This document shows positions 1 through 10,916 of a stretch of DNA of 64,000 bases, in pieces. Position 1 is the stretch's first letter. Each line of letters starts with the position of its first letter. The DNA is from Candidatus Oxydemutatoraceae bacterium (GTDB taxonomy: Bacteria > Pseudomonadota > Gammaproteobacteria > Poriferisulfidales > Oxydemutatoraceae): NCBI GenBank assembly GCA_965218975.1, contig OZ244717.1, positions 64,001-128,000 of the forward strand. The letters run 5' to 3'. Under the pieces are notes generated by a model. The model made no database searches, was not told the DNA's origin, and saw only the letters and a list, made by a program, of their open reading frames with translations. Position numbers and translations under genes: made by a program.

Positions 1-696
1 ATAACCGCGCAACCAGCGGTTTTGCCACGACAAAAACGGAACGCCTAAACGTGACAGACGTTGCTCTTCCATCCCATACAAAAACTTCGATTGACCAAAA
101 TAGGATTTCGGAAAGTGCATATACAAACTTCTGCCGCGCGGCGCCGTCGCCGGGTCGTCTTCACAACCTAGTTCCAAATGATGGTTATACACATGCGCAT
201 AGCAAAAATGCGACGAACCGCTCAACGCCATCATCCAACGGGCAATCACAAAACTAAACCCTTTGGTGTGAGCTAACTCATGACCGTAGATAATGCCGAT
301 GCCGGCAAAAATTGCCGACGAAATGACCGCACCGACTAATTGAGTGCCGGTTATCCCTTGATAAACCGTGATGCCGAACATTTCACCGACTCCTAAAGGA
401 ACACCTGCGGTATATTCATAGATGCGCCATGCCAGATTGATTTGCAATAATACAAATATCCCAAGCATCGCATACATTATCGCATTATGAAACGGCACCA
501 CTCCATATGTGTCTCCGGTCTCATCGTAACCTGCACCTTGAGTTCTTTGCATCGCTATGGTATCCAAAAATATACCTAACCCGAGCAGAAACAAACCCGT
601 CCATGTCCACGGGCCGCCAATGAATACACCATACATCGCAATCAGAATAAATAGCGGCGCTATCAGATAACGTATGTTGATTAGAAATTTTTCCAT
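1..696 (-). CDS. AlkB/XylM-like membrane di-iron monooxygenase (runs off the window edge; absent from the ORF track)
   Basis: Manual translation from ATG at 696 gives MEKFLINIRYLIAPLFIL..., several TM segments, His boxes HELAH and HVYNHH, and DPATAPRG typical of AlkB/XylM. No stop before position 1. Confidence 0.85.
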   Translation of the reverse strand, partial: MEKFLINIRYLIAPLFILIAMYGVFIGGPWTWTGLFLLGLGIFLDTIAMQRTQGAGYDETGDTYGVVPFHNAIMYAMLGIFVLLQINLAWRIYEYTAGVPLGVGEMFGITVYQGITGTQLVGAVISSAIFAGIGIIYGHELAHTKGFSFVIARWMMALSGSSHFCYAHVYNHHLELGCEDDPATAPRGRSLYMHFPKSYFGQSKFLYGMEEQRLSRLGVPFLSWQNRWLRGY

Positions 697-907
697 TTTT
701 TTCTCCTTTTTTATCCCTTTATAAAATGGGTCACATAATGGTTACTGTAGCCAACAGCAAGTCTTATAACAATGTTTTGTTTTACTTTTGTCCTAGACAA
801 AAGCTTAGTAAACAACGTAGAATTCTTGAAAAATCTGGTACAAACGCTATTAGACTATAAACAGAAAATGGACAACTTAATATAAAAAATTTAATTATTA
901 AATTAAT

Positions 908-1852
908 ATGACAGAAGAAGCGGGCAAAAAACATCCGATCCGGGTTGTCGCACGATATACCAACTTGAATGTCGACCGAATCCGCGCTTGGGAAAAACGT
1001 TATAAAGTGGTCAGCCCAAAACGAGATGCCAGCGGCAGACGTTTATATAGCGATCAAGATATCGAACGGCTGACATTGCTCAAACAGGTTTCAGAATTCG
1101 GCAGACGTATCAGTGAAATCGTTCATTTATCCACCGATAGCCTGAAAAACATGTTGCGCGAAGATGCGATTAAAGAATCTGCCGTTAAAGAAGCCCAAAC
1201 GCGTCCTAGTACCGGCGTGGTAATGGAATATTTTGATGTGTGCTTTGATGCGATCAAAAGCTTGAACACTAGCATATTTTACGCAAATTTCTTGCGTGCA
1301 AACGAAGCTTTAGGCCCGATATTCCTCACTGAGGAATTATTATCACCATTAATCATGCATGTTTCGGAAGAATGCCGTCGCGGTAATTTACAGAATGTAC
1401 ATTCACAAATGTGCAAAGAAATCATGCATGCTTGTCTATTACTATTATGTCCGCTCGGAAAATCTTCCGACACCAGATTCAGTACGGTTGTCTGCTCTTT
1501 GGAACAGGACCCTGAATTGATAAGTTGGCGGAGTGCGGCAATTGCCGGCATCTCCGGTTGGAATCCTATTTGCCTCGGAGAACTAGTTGACGTCGACAAA
1601 ATTCGTGATGCGGTTGAAATTAGCAATTCGCTCGCCGTCATTATCGGCTTTGGCACCGATAGCGAAAACTTTCAGACTCCGAATCAGTTACGTTGGCTAA
1701 AAACCTTGCTATTGAATAATACAGCACTGATTGTAAATTTACCGCAGACTTCTTCGTATCGGTTTGCTTTAAAAGAAATCGGTGCATTGGAAGTACACAA
1801 TTTATCCGAATTACGTTATACACTAAATAAACTAGTAGCGAAATTAAATTAA
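908..1852 (+). CDS. MerR-family regulator, CarH/LitR-like with a degenerate B12-binding domain
   Basis: N-terminal MerR HTH (IRAWEKRY...P.R...GRRLYS..DIERL), then helical-bundle and Rossmann-like C-terminal regions. Confidence 0.75.
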   Translation: MTEEAGKKHPIRVVARYTNLNVDRIRAWEKRYKVVSPKRDASGRRLYSDQDIERLTLLKQVSEFGRRISEIVHLSTDSLKNMLREDAIKESAVKEAQTRPSTGVVMEYFDVCFDAIKSLNTSIFYANFLRANEALGPIFLTEELLSPLIMHVSEECRRGNLQNVHSQMCKEIMHACLLLLCPLGKSSDTRFSTVVCSLEQDPELISWRSAAIAGISGWNPICLGELVDVDKIRDAVEISNSLAVIIGFGTDSENFQTPNQLRWLKTLLLNNTALIVNLPQTSSYRFALKEIGALEVHNLSELRYTLNKLVAKLN

Positions 1853-1859
1853 ATTAGAT

Positions 1860-2195
1860 ATGACGGAGAACTTTATGCAAACGATAAAAGAAAAAATTGA
1901 AGCGAAGATTCTGAACGCATTACAACCGACTCATTTAGAAGTGATCAATGAAAGCAATAAGCACAATGTCCCATCCGGTTCGGAATCACATTTTAAACTA
2001 ATCATTGTTGCCGATACTTTTGTCAATCAGCCATTGATAGAACGTCATCGTGCCATCAACTATTTACTCGCGGATGAACTTGCAGGAAGCATCCACGCGT
2101 TAGCATTACGTACACTAACTCCCGAAGAATGGCAGACCTGTCATGGCACGGTAAGCTCAACCCCGCCGTGTTTAAGTCAAGCCAAAAAAATTTGA
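1860..2195 (+). CDS. bolA: BolA family protein
   Basis: HLEVINESNKHNVP.GSESHFK, RHR, IHALAL motifs. Confidence 0.9.
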   Translation: MTENFMQTIKEKIEAKILNALQPTHLEVINESNKHNVPSGSESHFKLIIVADTFVNQPLIERHRAINYLLADELAGSIHALALRTLTPEEWQTCHGTVSSTPPCLSQAKKI

Positions 2196-2196
2196 T

Positions 2197-2487
2197 ATGG
2201 ATACCATTCTCCTTGAGAAATCCCCGGCGCCGGGAAAACTAGAAGTCTTAAATGTGGATGCATGGCCATTGAAAAAATTTCCCGTCGGGGAGCACTTCCA
2301 ACATCACAAGTTAAGCGAAAAATGCTATATCGTTGCCGGTAAAGTCAAATTGGTTGCTGAAGACCAAAAGTCCTTAACCGCTTGGCAAGGAGATTTATTC
2401 ATTATTTCCGCAGATAGTAAAGTGCGATGGTGTGTTATCGAAGCGATTGAATATCATTATTACCAAACACCACTCGTCAACATTTAA
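2197..2487 (+). CDS. small cupin (DUF861/cupin_3-like)
   Basis: L.V..WP, E.CY...GKV, GDL, W.V pattern. Confidence 0.65.
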   Translation: MDTILLEKSPAPGKLEVLNVDAWPLKKFPVGEHFQHHKLSEKCYIVAGKVKLVAEDQKSLTAWQGDLFIISADSKVRWCVIEAIEYHYYQTPLVNI

Positions 2488-2495
2488 TCTGTGAT

Positions 2496-3065
2496 TCATG
2501 CGTAGTCAATAATCCGAATTTTTCCCTCATTGTTACGAATGATTTCCCCCTGATGCAGATGGAAACATCCTTGGTTGCAATCCTCAAAATATAGTTCCAA
2601 CGATCGCTTTACGACCGGAAAAGCAATTCCATTCCATGGAATATCCTGTTTGTCACAAAGCATTGTTAGCGAAGTTTCGCTATTCGCTTTAGCTTTGCCA
2701 TCTTTTAGGACCCCGCGATAGACCATATACACCTGATCAACATACTTTAACGTATAGATACTGTGTAATTCCAATGCCTCCGATCGCGCAAATGCCTCCT
2801 CCCATGATTCACGTGCCGCCGCTTCGGAAACCGACTCTGATTTTTCCATAAAGCCTGCCGGTATCGTCCAATAACCAAGTTTCGGTTCTATCGAACGCTT
2901 ACACAGAAGTACTTTGTCATCCCACTCTAAGATGCAACCCGCAACAATCTTAGGATTTTGATAAAAAATGGCTTTGCATTCTTCGCATATATGCCGCGGG
3001 CGATTGTCCTCCTTTGGAGTTTTTAGGCGAATAGTTGACGAACCGCATTCACTACAGAAATTCAT
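2496..3065 (-). CDS. NUDIX hydrolase with N-terminal zinc ribbon
   Basis: FCSECG...CEEC, YQNPKIV, PAGFME..E...AAARE..EE Nudix box. Confidence 0.9.
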   Translation of the reverse strand: MNFCSECGSSTIRLKTPKEDNRPRHICEECKAIFYQNPKIVAGCILEWDDKVLLCKRSIEPKLGYWTIPAGFMEKSESVSEAAARESWEEAFARSEALELHSIYTLKYVDQVYMVYRGVLKDGKAKANSETSLTMLCDKQDIPWNGIAFPVVKRSLELYFEDCNQGCFHLHQGEIIRNNEGKIRIIDYA

Positions 3066-3068
3066 AAC

Positions 3069-3938
3069 TCATACGCTGCCCGGTTCGTCACCTTGTACAC
3101 GGGGACGATGCGACGAACGTATCCATTCGCTCCATGAGCCGACATATAGGTGTGTATCGGGGAAACCTGCTATTTTCATCGCCAACACATTATGACAAGC
3201 GGTGACTCCCGATCCGCATGAGTGAATCGTCGTTGGTTTCTGCAATTTTTCAAACATCTCGCGCAGTTGTTGTGGTGGTAAAAAACACCCTTCATCATCA
3301 AGGTTCTTAGTCAAGGAATGATTAATCGCGGTTGGTATATGTCCGCCCTCCTTGTCAACCGTTTCCTTCTCTCCGCTATATCTTGCCGGAGTACGCGAAT
3401 CAATAATCACAACATCCTTATTTCCTAATGAGCGCTCAACTTGGTCGGCACTGACCTGAAGCCGATCATTACAACGGAAATCAAAATCACCGGTAGTGCT
3501 CGAATTACTAGAAGGCAGCCACTCGCCTGACTTCAACGGCTTATGCTCCGTATGCCATTTGTCGATACCGCCGTCAAGCACTGCAACAGCTTCATGTTGC
3601 AACCAACGTAACAGCCACCAAAAGCGACCGGCAATAGAGCCCGATACATCATCGTACACAACCACTTGGGAATTTCGACTGACGCCCCAATCTTTTAATT
3701 TGTCGACAAGTTGATGCGGGTCCGGCAGAGGATGTCTACCCGTTTCGGCAGTGGACGGAGATGATAAATCCTTATCTAAATCCGCGTAACGCGCGTTTGG
3801 AATATGATTCTCAAGATATTTCTGTCTGCCTAAATCAGGCTTCCCCAAAACAAAACGGCAATCAAAAACCACCCAGTCGGGATAATCAATATGTTGTAAA
3901 AGCCGGTCGGTTGAAATAATCGTATTATACATCGTCAA
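3069..3938 (-). CDS. sseA: tandem-rhodanese sulfurtransferase (SseA/MPST-like)
   Basis: HIPNA, GRHPLP, LDGG, GHIP, CGSGVTAC, YVGSWSEW. Confidence 0.85.
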   Translation of the reverse strand: MTMYNTIISTDRLLQHIDYPDWVVFDCRFVLGKPDLGRQKYLENHIPNARYADLDKDLSSPSTAETGRHPLPDPHQLVDKLKDWGVSRNSQVVVYDDVSGSIAGRFWWLLRWLQHEAVAVLDGGIDKWHTEHKPLKSGEWLPSSNSSTTGDFDFRCNDRLQVSADQVERSLGNKDVVIIDSRTPARYSGEKETVDKEGGHIPTAINHSLTKNLDDEGCFLPPQQLREMFEKLQKPTTIHSCGSGVTACHNVLAMKIAGFPDTHLYVGSWSEWIRSSHRPRVQGDEPGSV

Positions 3939-3940
3939 AC

Positions 3941-4132
3941 CTACTTATCCGTCGCAACTGAAATAGATTCCCGCCTTGATCCCTTGCGACTACAAATATG
4001 AGGGTTCGAGCAAGCAGCACAATTAATACCGCCGCAACTGCCGCGTATACGCTTATCTTGGATAATCACACCGATCGCCATCGCCGCTACCACCAACAAA
4101 GTTAATATGAATGCCAAAAAATAAATGATCAC
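3941..4132 (-). CDS. nqrM: Na+-NQR maturation factor NqrM (DUF539)
   Basis: TM helix ending MAIGVI, then IRGSCGG and a Cys cluster. Lies downstream of nqr/apbE. Confidence 0.85.
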   Translation of the reverse strand: MIIYFLAFILTLLVVAAMAIGVIIQDKRIRGSCGGINCAACSNPHICSRKGSRRESISVATDK

Positions 4133-4267
4133 TTTCTCATTCCCGTATGTATCTTACATTAGAATCATACCACTGTGGAAATTATTATAATTCCCAGCGT
4201 CTTGCATAATTCTCGTCCATATTGCCATGCAATATTCAGACCTTGACTACTTTGCTTAATCGTACTC

Positions 4268-5362
4268 TTACTCATGCAACAGATCCATTTGCTCCGGTAC
4301 TTTGCTTGCACCTGATTGACACAGACCCGATACCGTTACCCCCAGCAAGCGAATAGGTTTTCCTACTGTCAGTGACTTTTGAAGCAATTCCGGTAATAAT
4401 CCGTACAGTTCATACAAACCGCTTAACGGCTGCGCCAAAGTTTGGCTACGGGTGACTTGTTGGAAATCGGAAAACTTTACTTTGACCGTCACCGTTTGAC
4501 CGGTCATTTTCTTTTGAACCAATGTTTTAGCAACTTCGCGCGCACGCTGTTTTAATAGCAACAGCATCATTTGAGTATCCGTTAAGTCTTTTTCAAAAGT
4601 CTTTTCCGACCCGATGGATTTTCGAACCCGACTTGCAACCACCGGACGTTCGTCAATACCAAAAGCAGCATTATAATAATAAGCGCCGACCTTACCGAAC
4701 TCTGCGATCAAACCTTGCATTGACCAACGTTGCAAATCACGACCAAATTCAATCCCTAATGAGTGCATACGCTTCGCCGTCGCCTTGCCGACGCCATAAA
4801 ATTTAATGACCGGCAATTGCGCCGCAAATGCCTCACCTTGCTTGGGCTTGATTGTGTACAATCCGTCGGGCTTACCCGCATCAGAGGCGATTTTTGCAAG
4901 AAATTTATTATAAGAAACGCCGGCAGATGCCGTTAGACGAGTACGTTTTTTGATTTGAACTTTAATTTCTTGCGCCAAAACGGTTGCCGAGCATCGGCTT
5001 GTTCGGGTATATTCGCTGACATCTAAGTACCCTTCATCCAATGACAAAGGTTCAACGAGATCAGTGTAGCTATAAAAAATATCCAAAATTTCGCGTGAAA
5101 CCGCACGGTAAGTTTCAAACCTTGGCTTGATAAAAATCGCATGGGGGCATAATTTTGCCGCCTTTGACGAAGCAATTGCGGATGAAATGCCAAATTGACG
5201 TGCTATATAGTTGCAGGTCGCAACCACACCGCGACGTGACGGTAAACCGCCAATAATAACCGGATTTCCGGCCAATTCGGGAAAATCTCGCTCTTCAATT
5301 GCCGCATAAAACGCATCCATATCAATGTGAATAATCTTCCTGCCGACAGTGTTACGCGACAT
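4268..5362 (-). CDS. dinB: DNA polymerase IV (start uncertain, alternative ATG at 5398)
   Basis: RKIIHIDMDAFYA, SLDEGYLD, NKFLAKIASD..KPDG. Confidence 0.95.
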   Translation of the reverse strand: MSRNTVGRKIIHIDMDAFYAAIEERDFPELAGNPVIIGGLPSRRGVVATCNYIARQFGISSAIASSKAAKLCPHAIFIKPRFETYRAVSREILDIFYSYTDLVEPLSLDEGYLDVSEYTRTSRCSATVLAQEIKVQIKKRTRLTASAGVSYNKFLAKIASDAGKPDGLYTIKPKQGEAFAAQLPVIKFYGVGKATAKRMHSLGIEFGRDLQRWSMQGLIAEFGKVGAYYYNAAFGIDERPVVASRVRKSIGSEKTFEKDLTDTQMMLLLLKQRAREVAKTLVQKKMTGQTVTVKVKFSDFQQVTRSQTLAQPLSGLYELYGLLPELLQKSLTVGKPIRLLGVTVSGLCQSGASKVPEQMDLLHE

Positions 5363-5416
5363 GCTGAAAATTATATTTTCCGACCCATCATTCTCCATAA
5401 ATAAAGACTTCAATAA

Positions 5417-6436
5417 TCACAAATATTCTTCAAACGCATCGCTCCATTTGCCGACAAATTCGTCCCCCTTGCGCAGGAGAAAGTAAGCAGCAATATTCTT
5501 AGACTGAGCGGATTTCAACCCTCGTTCCTCACCCAATATTAAAAATGCCGTCGCCCACGTGTCTGCTTTCATTGTGTTTTCCGCAATCACACTAACCGAA
5601 GCAACACGATGCGTAATCGGCCTACCCGTTGTCGGATCAATGCCGTGTGAGTATTTTTTGCCGCCAAACTCGCGATAGTTTCGATAATCACCCGAAGTAG
5701 CAATCGCCGCATGGTTAAGGTGTACTACTTGTACGATTGATCGCGATGTATCGGGGGTTTCAATTCCAACCCGCCATATTTCACCATCGGGATTTACCCC
5801 GCGCGCGCGTAGCTCACCGCCGATCTCAACTAGATAATTAGCAATTCCTTTAGCATCCAGCAATCGGGCAATTTGATCCACCGCATATCCTTTGGCAATG
5901 GCAGACACGTCTATCGCCAAATCGGGAATATCCTTTTTAATCATTGCGGGGTCCGAACTGATCGCCAAATGCCGATAGCCAATATGCCGCAAACGCTCGT
6001 TAATCTCCAAATCCGTCGGAAGTTTATCAGACATGGACTCCGGTCCGAATCCCCACAAATTGACGATGGGTCCTACCGTGACATCAAATGCCCCATTACT
6101 CAAATGGCTGATGCGTTGCGCCATAGTCAGCACTTCAACCAATGGCTTGGATACCGGCTGCCATTGCGTGCTACGAGAACGATTAAACAGACTGATTTCG
6201 GAATCGTCAATGTACGTTGACATTGAAGCATTCACTTGGCTAAGACTTTGCTCAATCAACACTTCCAGATTAACGACATTTATCTTGTCCCGCGGTTCGG
6301 CAATTGTAACCGAATAGCTGGTACCCATTGTTTTACCCGAAAACAATACAGGCGATTGCTGACACGAAGCCAGCAATCCGAAAACCAGCATCGCCGTCAC
6401 AATAGATAAGTGCGTCTGCTTACCGCGCCGTAACAC
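5417..6436 (-). CDS. apbE: FAD:protein FMN transferase ApbE (GTG start inferred just after the nqrF stop)
   Basis: GKTMGT, FDVTVGP..NLWGFG, AIAKGYAVD, ATSGDYRNY, lipobox-like LASC. Confidence 0.9.
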   Translation of the reverse strand: MLRRGKQTHLSIVTAMLVFGLLASCQQSPVLFSGKTMGTSYSVTIAEPRDKINVVNLEVLIEQSLSQVNASMSTYIDDSEISLFNRSRSTQWQPVSKPLVEVLTMAQRISHLSNGAFDVTVGPIVNLWGFGPESMSDKLPTDLEINERLRHIGYRHLAISSDPAMIKKDIPDLAIDVSAIAKGYAVDQIARLLDAKGIANYLVEIGGELRARGVNPDGEIWRVGIETPDTSRSIVQVVHLNHAAIATSGDYRNYREFGGKKYSHGIDPTTGRPITHRVASVSVIAENTMKADTWATAFLILGEERGLKSAQSKNIAAYFLLRKGDEFVGKWSDAFEEYL

Positions 6437-6440
6437 CCCG

Positions 6441-7658
6441 TCAACCTCCAAAATCGTCAAACAGAATATTTTCTTCGTCAACACTCAACGAATCCAACAT
6501 ATTAATCACCGCCGTATTCATCATCGGCGGCCCGCAGATATAGTACTCACAATCTTCCGGCGCGGAATGTTGTGACAAATAATTGTCATACAGCGCTTGA
6601 TGGATAAATCCCGTATGACCCTTCCAATCGTCCTCCGGTTGAGGATCGGAAAGTGCGATATGCCAATCAAAATTCGAATGCATTTTTGCCAGTTGATTAA
6701 AATCTTCCACAAAAAATAACTCTCTGTAACTACGCGCGCCGTACCAAAAGCTAATCTTACGTTGACTCTGTAAACGTTTTAACTGATCAAGAATATGCGA
6801 ACGCATCGGCGCCATACCGGCGCCACCTCCGACAAAAATCATCTCGTTTACCGTATCACGCGCAAAAAAGTCCCCAAACGGACCGGATACTACGATCTTA
6901 TCGCCCGGTTTAAGACCGAACAAGTAAGACGACGCCTGACCAGGGGGCAAGTTAGGTTTCGGCGGTGTTGCGATACGCACATTAAGCATGATGATTCCCT
7001 TCTCATCGGGATAATTTGCCATTGAATAAGCACGAGAAATTGTTTCCGTTACGGTCGACTTGTACTGCCAAAGATTAAATTTATCCCACGCGTCACGGTA
7101 TTCGTCCGCAACCGCAAAATCAGTGAATTTTACATGGTGGGCAGGACATTCTATCTGCACATATCCGCCAGCACGGAAATCAATATTTGCTCTGGGCTCT
7201 AATTTCAGAACTAAGTTTTTAATAAAAGTGGCGACGTTGCGATTGGAACGCACCGTGCACTCCCATTGAGCGCAACCGAAAACCTCCGGGTCAACTTCAA
7301 TCTCCATATTACGCTTAACAGTAACCTGGCACGATAAGCGATTGCCTTCACGCGATTGCCGCGGCGTGATATAAGTGGTTTCAGTCGGCAGCAAGCTGCC
7401 GCCGCCGGAGAATATTTTGACTCGGCATTGTCCGCAGGTCCCACCGCCGCCGCAAGCGGATGAAACAAACAGATTGTTTGACGCTAAACCGGTCAGTAAT
7501 TTTGTTCCAACCGGAATCAGCACTTCTTTTTCTTTATTCACACGTACTGTAGCTTGACCGGTGGCAACCAGCTTGCTTCTCGCAATCAGGATAAAGAAGA
7601 CCAAAAAAAGCACTACTAAAGTAAACAAACTAATGCCTAAACCGATTTCTATCAGCAC
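6441..7658 (-). CDS. nqrF: Na+-translocating NADH:quinone reductase subunit F
   Basis: [46 protein letters not shown] end. Confidence 0.97.
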   Translation of the reverse strand: MLIEIGLGISLFTLVVLFLVFFILIARSKLVATGQATVRVNKEKEVLIPVGTKLLTGLASNNLFVSSACGGGGTCGQCRVKIFSGGGSLLPTETTYITPRQSREGNRLSCQVTVKRNMEIEVDPEVFGCAQWECTVRSNRNVATFIKNLVLKLEPRANIDFRAGGYVQIECPAHHVKFTDFAVADEYRDAWDKFNLWQYKSTVTETISRAYSMANYPDEKGIIMLNVRIATPPKPNLPPGQASSYLFGLKPGDKIVVSGPFGDFFARDTVNEMIFVGGGAGMAPMRSHILDQLKRLQSQRKISFWYGARSYRELFFVEDFNQLAKMHSNFDWHIALSDPQPEDDWKGHTGFIHQALYDNYLSQHSAPEDCEYYICGPPMMNTAVINMLDSLSVDEENILFDDFGG

Positions 7659-7665
7659 TTCGACC

Positions 7666-8274
7666 TCACAATTGAATACCGGAAAATGCCATGAACCCCA
7701 ACGACATCAGACCTACCGTGATGAAAGTAATACCAAGTCCGCGTAAACCATCGGGCACGTCGTTATATTTTAGTTTCTCGCGAATACATGCCAGTGCAAT
7801 GATCGCAAGCGCCCAACCACCACCGCTACCAATTCCATATATGACGCTCTCGGCAAAATCATAGCTACGCTCCATCATAAATAAAGATCCTCCGAGAATC
7901 GCACAATTTACTGTAATAAGAGGCAGGAATATACCTAGTGCGTTATACAGAGAAGGAAAATATCGGTCCAGCAGCATTTCAAGAATTTGCACGATAGCCG
8001 CAATTACGCCGATGTAGCTTAGCAGAGCTAAAAAAGATAAATCCACTTCCGGCAACCCCATCCAAGCGAGGGCGCCTTTTTTCAATAGCCATTCGTAAAT
8101 CAAATTGTTGGCGGGTACGGTGATTCCTTGCACGATAATTACCGCGACCCCCAAACCAATCGCATTTTCAATCTTCTTTGAAATAGCAAGAAAAGTACAC
8201 ATTCCCAGAAAGAAAGAAAGTGCGAGATTTTCAACAAATATCGCCCGTATTGCCAAACTGATATATGCTTCCAT
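7666..8274 (-). CDS. nqrE: Na+-NQR subunit E
   Basis: [34 protein letters not shown] end. Confidence 0.97.
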   Translation of the reverse strand: MEAYISLAIRAIFVENLALSFFLGMCTFLAISKKIENAIGLGVAVIIVQGITVPANNLIYEWLLKKGALAWMGLPEVDLSFLALLSYIGVIAAIVQILEMLLDRYFPSLYNALGIFLPLITVNCAILGGSLFMMERSYDFAESVIYGIGSGGGWALAIIALACIREKLKYNDVPDGLRGLGITFITVGLMSLGFMAFSGIQL

Positions 8275-8282
8275 AATTTGAT

Positions 8283-8939
8283 CTACGCTGCCGTTTTCTT
8301 CGGTACTTGAATTTGAAATTCAATTTGCTCGATTTGCACCGGGCGATAGGTGCGAATGACCCAAATCATTAAACCGATAATAAAGAAAGCACTAGGCGGT
8401 AATAACAACAGACCATTCGGCTGGTACCAACCGCCATCGGCAACCAAAGAAAGTATCGGATAGCCAAGCAAGGTTCCCGAACCAAACAATTCACGTATTG
8501 TGCCGACCACCACCAATACAAGACTGTAGCCCAAACCGTTGCCGAGACCGTCCAAGAAGCTGAGCCCCGGCGGATTTTTCATCGCATACGCCTCTGCTCG
8601 TCCCAACACGATACAGTTTGTAATAATTAAACCCACAAACACCGACAACACTTTACTTATTTCATAAACGTATGCCTTCAATATTTGATCGACCACAATC
8701 ACCAAAGATGAAATAATCGTCATTTGCACAATGATCCGAATGTTTACCGGAACATGGTGACGAATCATGCTGATTGAAGCATTGGAGAGTGCGACTACCG
8801 AAGTAAGCGCAAGACACATTACCAAAGATGCTCCAAGCGTAGTCGTGACAGCAAGTGCGGAACAAATGCCAAGTATCTGCAGAGTAATCGGATTGTCATC
8901 CACCAACGGGTCAAGCAATACTTTTTTTCTCTTACTCAT
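8283..8939 (-). CDS. nqrD: Na+-NQR subunit D
   Basis: [31 protein letters not shown]. Confidence 0.97.
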   Translation of the reverse strand: MSKRKKVLLDPLVDDNPITLQILGICSALAVTTTLGASLVMCLALTSVVALSNASISMIRHHVPVNIRIIVQMTIISSLVIVVDQILKAYVYEISKVLSVFVGLIITNCIVLGRAEAYAMKNPPGLSFLDGLGNGLGYSLVLVVVGTIRELFGSGTLLGYPILSLVADGGWYQPNGLLLLPPSAFFIIGLMIWVIRTYRPVQIEQIEFQIQVPKKTAA

Positions 8940-8944
8940 AGCAA

Positions 8945-9709
8945 TTAACTGATTTCTCCCTGTTGTATCCGTTCAAGAAAAGCTGAATAGCCGAGTTCTC
9001 CGCTCCAGAAACGCACCAACCGACTCACTCCTATACTTGTCAATGTGGCACCCGCTAAGCCGTCAACCTGATAGAGCGCGGTGGGAGAATCGCGTGCAAC
9101 TCTACCTTTAATCACTTCCAAAACGGGAATACCTTGGTCATTGTATAGCCGTTTACCGCGCCATAAGCGTTGCCATTTCGGATTATCCACTTCGCCGCCG
9201 AGTCCCGGTGTTTCCGCATGATCATAAAACTGCAAGCCATAAACCGTTTGCGCATCTTTTTCCAATGCCATATAACCATACAAAGTTGACCACAAGCCAT
9301 AGCCGTGTACCGGCAGAATCACTTTGTCCAAAACTCCTTGTTGGTCACGTGCCAAATAAACCACGACAAACTCCGGAACTTTTCTGATTTTTGCGATATC
9401 TTCTTTCCTATCCAATGTGCGATAAGGGATACTCTCAGCCGGCAATTGCATCGGATCTATCGTTTCAAACGAACCGGTATCCAGCCTGATGACACGCGCT
9501 TCAATTTGTCCGAATACCTTTTCAACCGGGACTGAAGGAATATACAACCCGGCCACCGACAAAATGCTTTTATATCGATCAAGACGCACATTTTCTTCTT
9601 GCAGAGCTCTGAACCCTACCGCTGCGGTTGAAACGACCACCGAACATATCAAACACAATATGATGGTAACCGCCAGAACTTTACCGATGCTTTCATTGGA
9701 CATTGACAT
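8945..9709 (-). CDS. nqrC: Na+-NQR subunit C
   Basis: [22 protein letters not shown] flavinylation motif. Confidence 0.95.
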   Translation of the reverse strand: MSMSNESIGKVLAVTIILCLICSVVVSTAAVGFRALQEENVRLDRYKSILSVAGLYIPSVPVEKVFGQIEARVIRLDTGSFETIDPMQLPAESIPYRTLDRKEDIAKIRKVPEFVVVYLARDQQGVLDKVILPVHGYGLWSTLYGYMALEKDAQTVYGLQFYDHAETPGLGGEVDNPKWQRLWRGKRLYNDQGIPVLEVIKGRVARDSPTALYQVDGLAGATLTSIGVSRLVRFWSGELGYSAFLERIQQGEIS

Positions 9710-10916
9710 ACCGCTTCATTCGTTGCTGCATATTGAACTGTATAACAAAATAATCAATCAAAGGGGCAAAAATATTCGCAAATAAAATTGCTAACATCAT
9801 GCCCTCCGGAAATGCCGGATTAACCACTCGAATCATGACTGCCATAAACCCAATCAATGCACCGTAAACCCAGCGCCCGGCATCCGTACACGAACCCGAA
9901 ACCGGTTCAGTTGCCATATACACCATGCCGAAAGCGAATCCGCCTAAAACCAAGTGCCAATACCACGGCATAGCAAACATCGGATTCGTTTCACTTCCTA
10001 TCCAATTTAACAATGACGCAGTGGCAATCATGCCTAGCATTACACCGCCGATAATCCGCCACGAAGCAATTCGAGTATATACCAAAAACACCGCCCCGAT
10101 TAAGCATGCCAAAGTGGAAGTTTCACCTAGAGAACCAGGAATTAATCCCAGAAATGATTGCGCCCAGCCGTAGCCGGCAGCAATCGCTTCCGACAAACCC
10201 GATTGTGCCGCAATACCAAGTGCCGTTGCGTTGCTATAGCCATCAACCGCAACCCAAACACTATCGCCGGACATAGATGCGGGGTAGGCAAAATATAGGA
10301 ATACACGTCCGGTCAATGCAGGATTTAAAAAATTTTTACCAGTCCCTCCGAACACTTCTTTGCCAATGACTACACCAAAAGAAATTCCCAATGCAACCAA
10401 CCACAGCGGAATATCCGGAGGTAAAATCAGAGTATAAAGAATAGATGTAACGAGAAATCCTTCATTGACGTCATGCTTTCTTATGATAGCAAACAAAACT
10501 TCCCACCCCCCCCCGACAATCAGTGTCACCATGTAAATCGGAAGAAAATGCAAGAACCCCAACCACAAACATGCCGCAATATTTTGGGGGTCGTGCGGTA
10601 TACCCAGTGCCGCAGTCAATGCACCTTGCCAGCCGGGCAAAGCGCTTATACCGCTAACTACCATGGCAAGATTCGCCTGATAACCAGTATTAAACCACGC
10701 CATAAAAATACACGGGATGGTTGCCAACACTACATAAGACATAACACGCTTGATATCCAAGGCATCACGAATATGCGGCGCACGCTGTGTAACCTGATTT
10801 GTCCAATAAATAAACGTATCTACCATTTCATAAAGCGGATACCACTGATGCCACGCACCCTCTTTGGCAAACTTCTGCGATAACGTACCGGAAAGCTTCT
10901 TTTCTTCAGCCATCAT
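9693..10916 (-). CDS. nqrB: Na+-NQR subunit B
   Basis: [35 protein letters not shown]. Confidence 0.97.
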   Translation of the reverse strand: MMAEEKKLSGTLSQKFAKEGAWHQWYPLYEMVDTFIYWTNQVTQRAPHIRDALDIKRVMSYVVLATIPCIFMAWFNTGYQANLAMVVSGISALPGWQGALTAALGIPHDPQNIAACLWLGFLHFLPIYMVTLIVGGGWEVLFAIIRKHDVNEGFLVTSILYTLILPPDIPLWLVALGISFGVVIGKEVFGGTGKNFLNPALTGRVFLYFAYPASMSGDSVWVAVDGYSNATALGIAAQSGLSEAIAAGYGWAQSFLGLIPGSLGETSTLACLIGAVFLVYTRIASWRIIGGVMLGMIATASLLNWIGSETNPMFAMPWYWHLVLGGFAFGMVYMATEPVSGSCTDAGRWVYGALIGFMAVMIRVVNPAFPEGMMLAILFANIFAPLIDYFVIQFNMQQRMKRYVNVQ

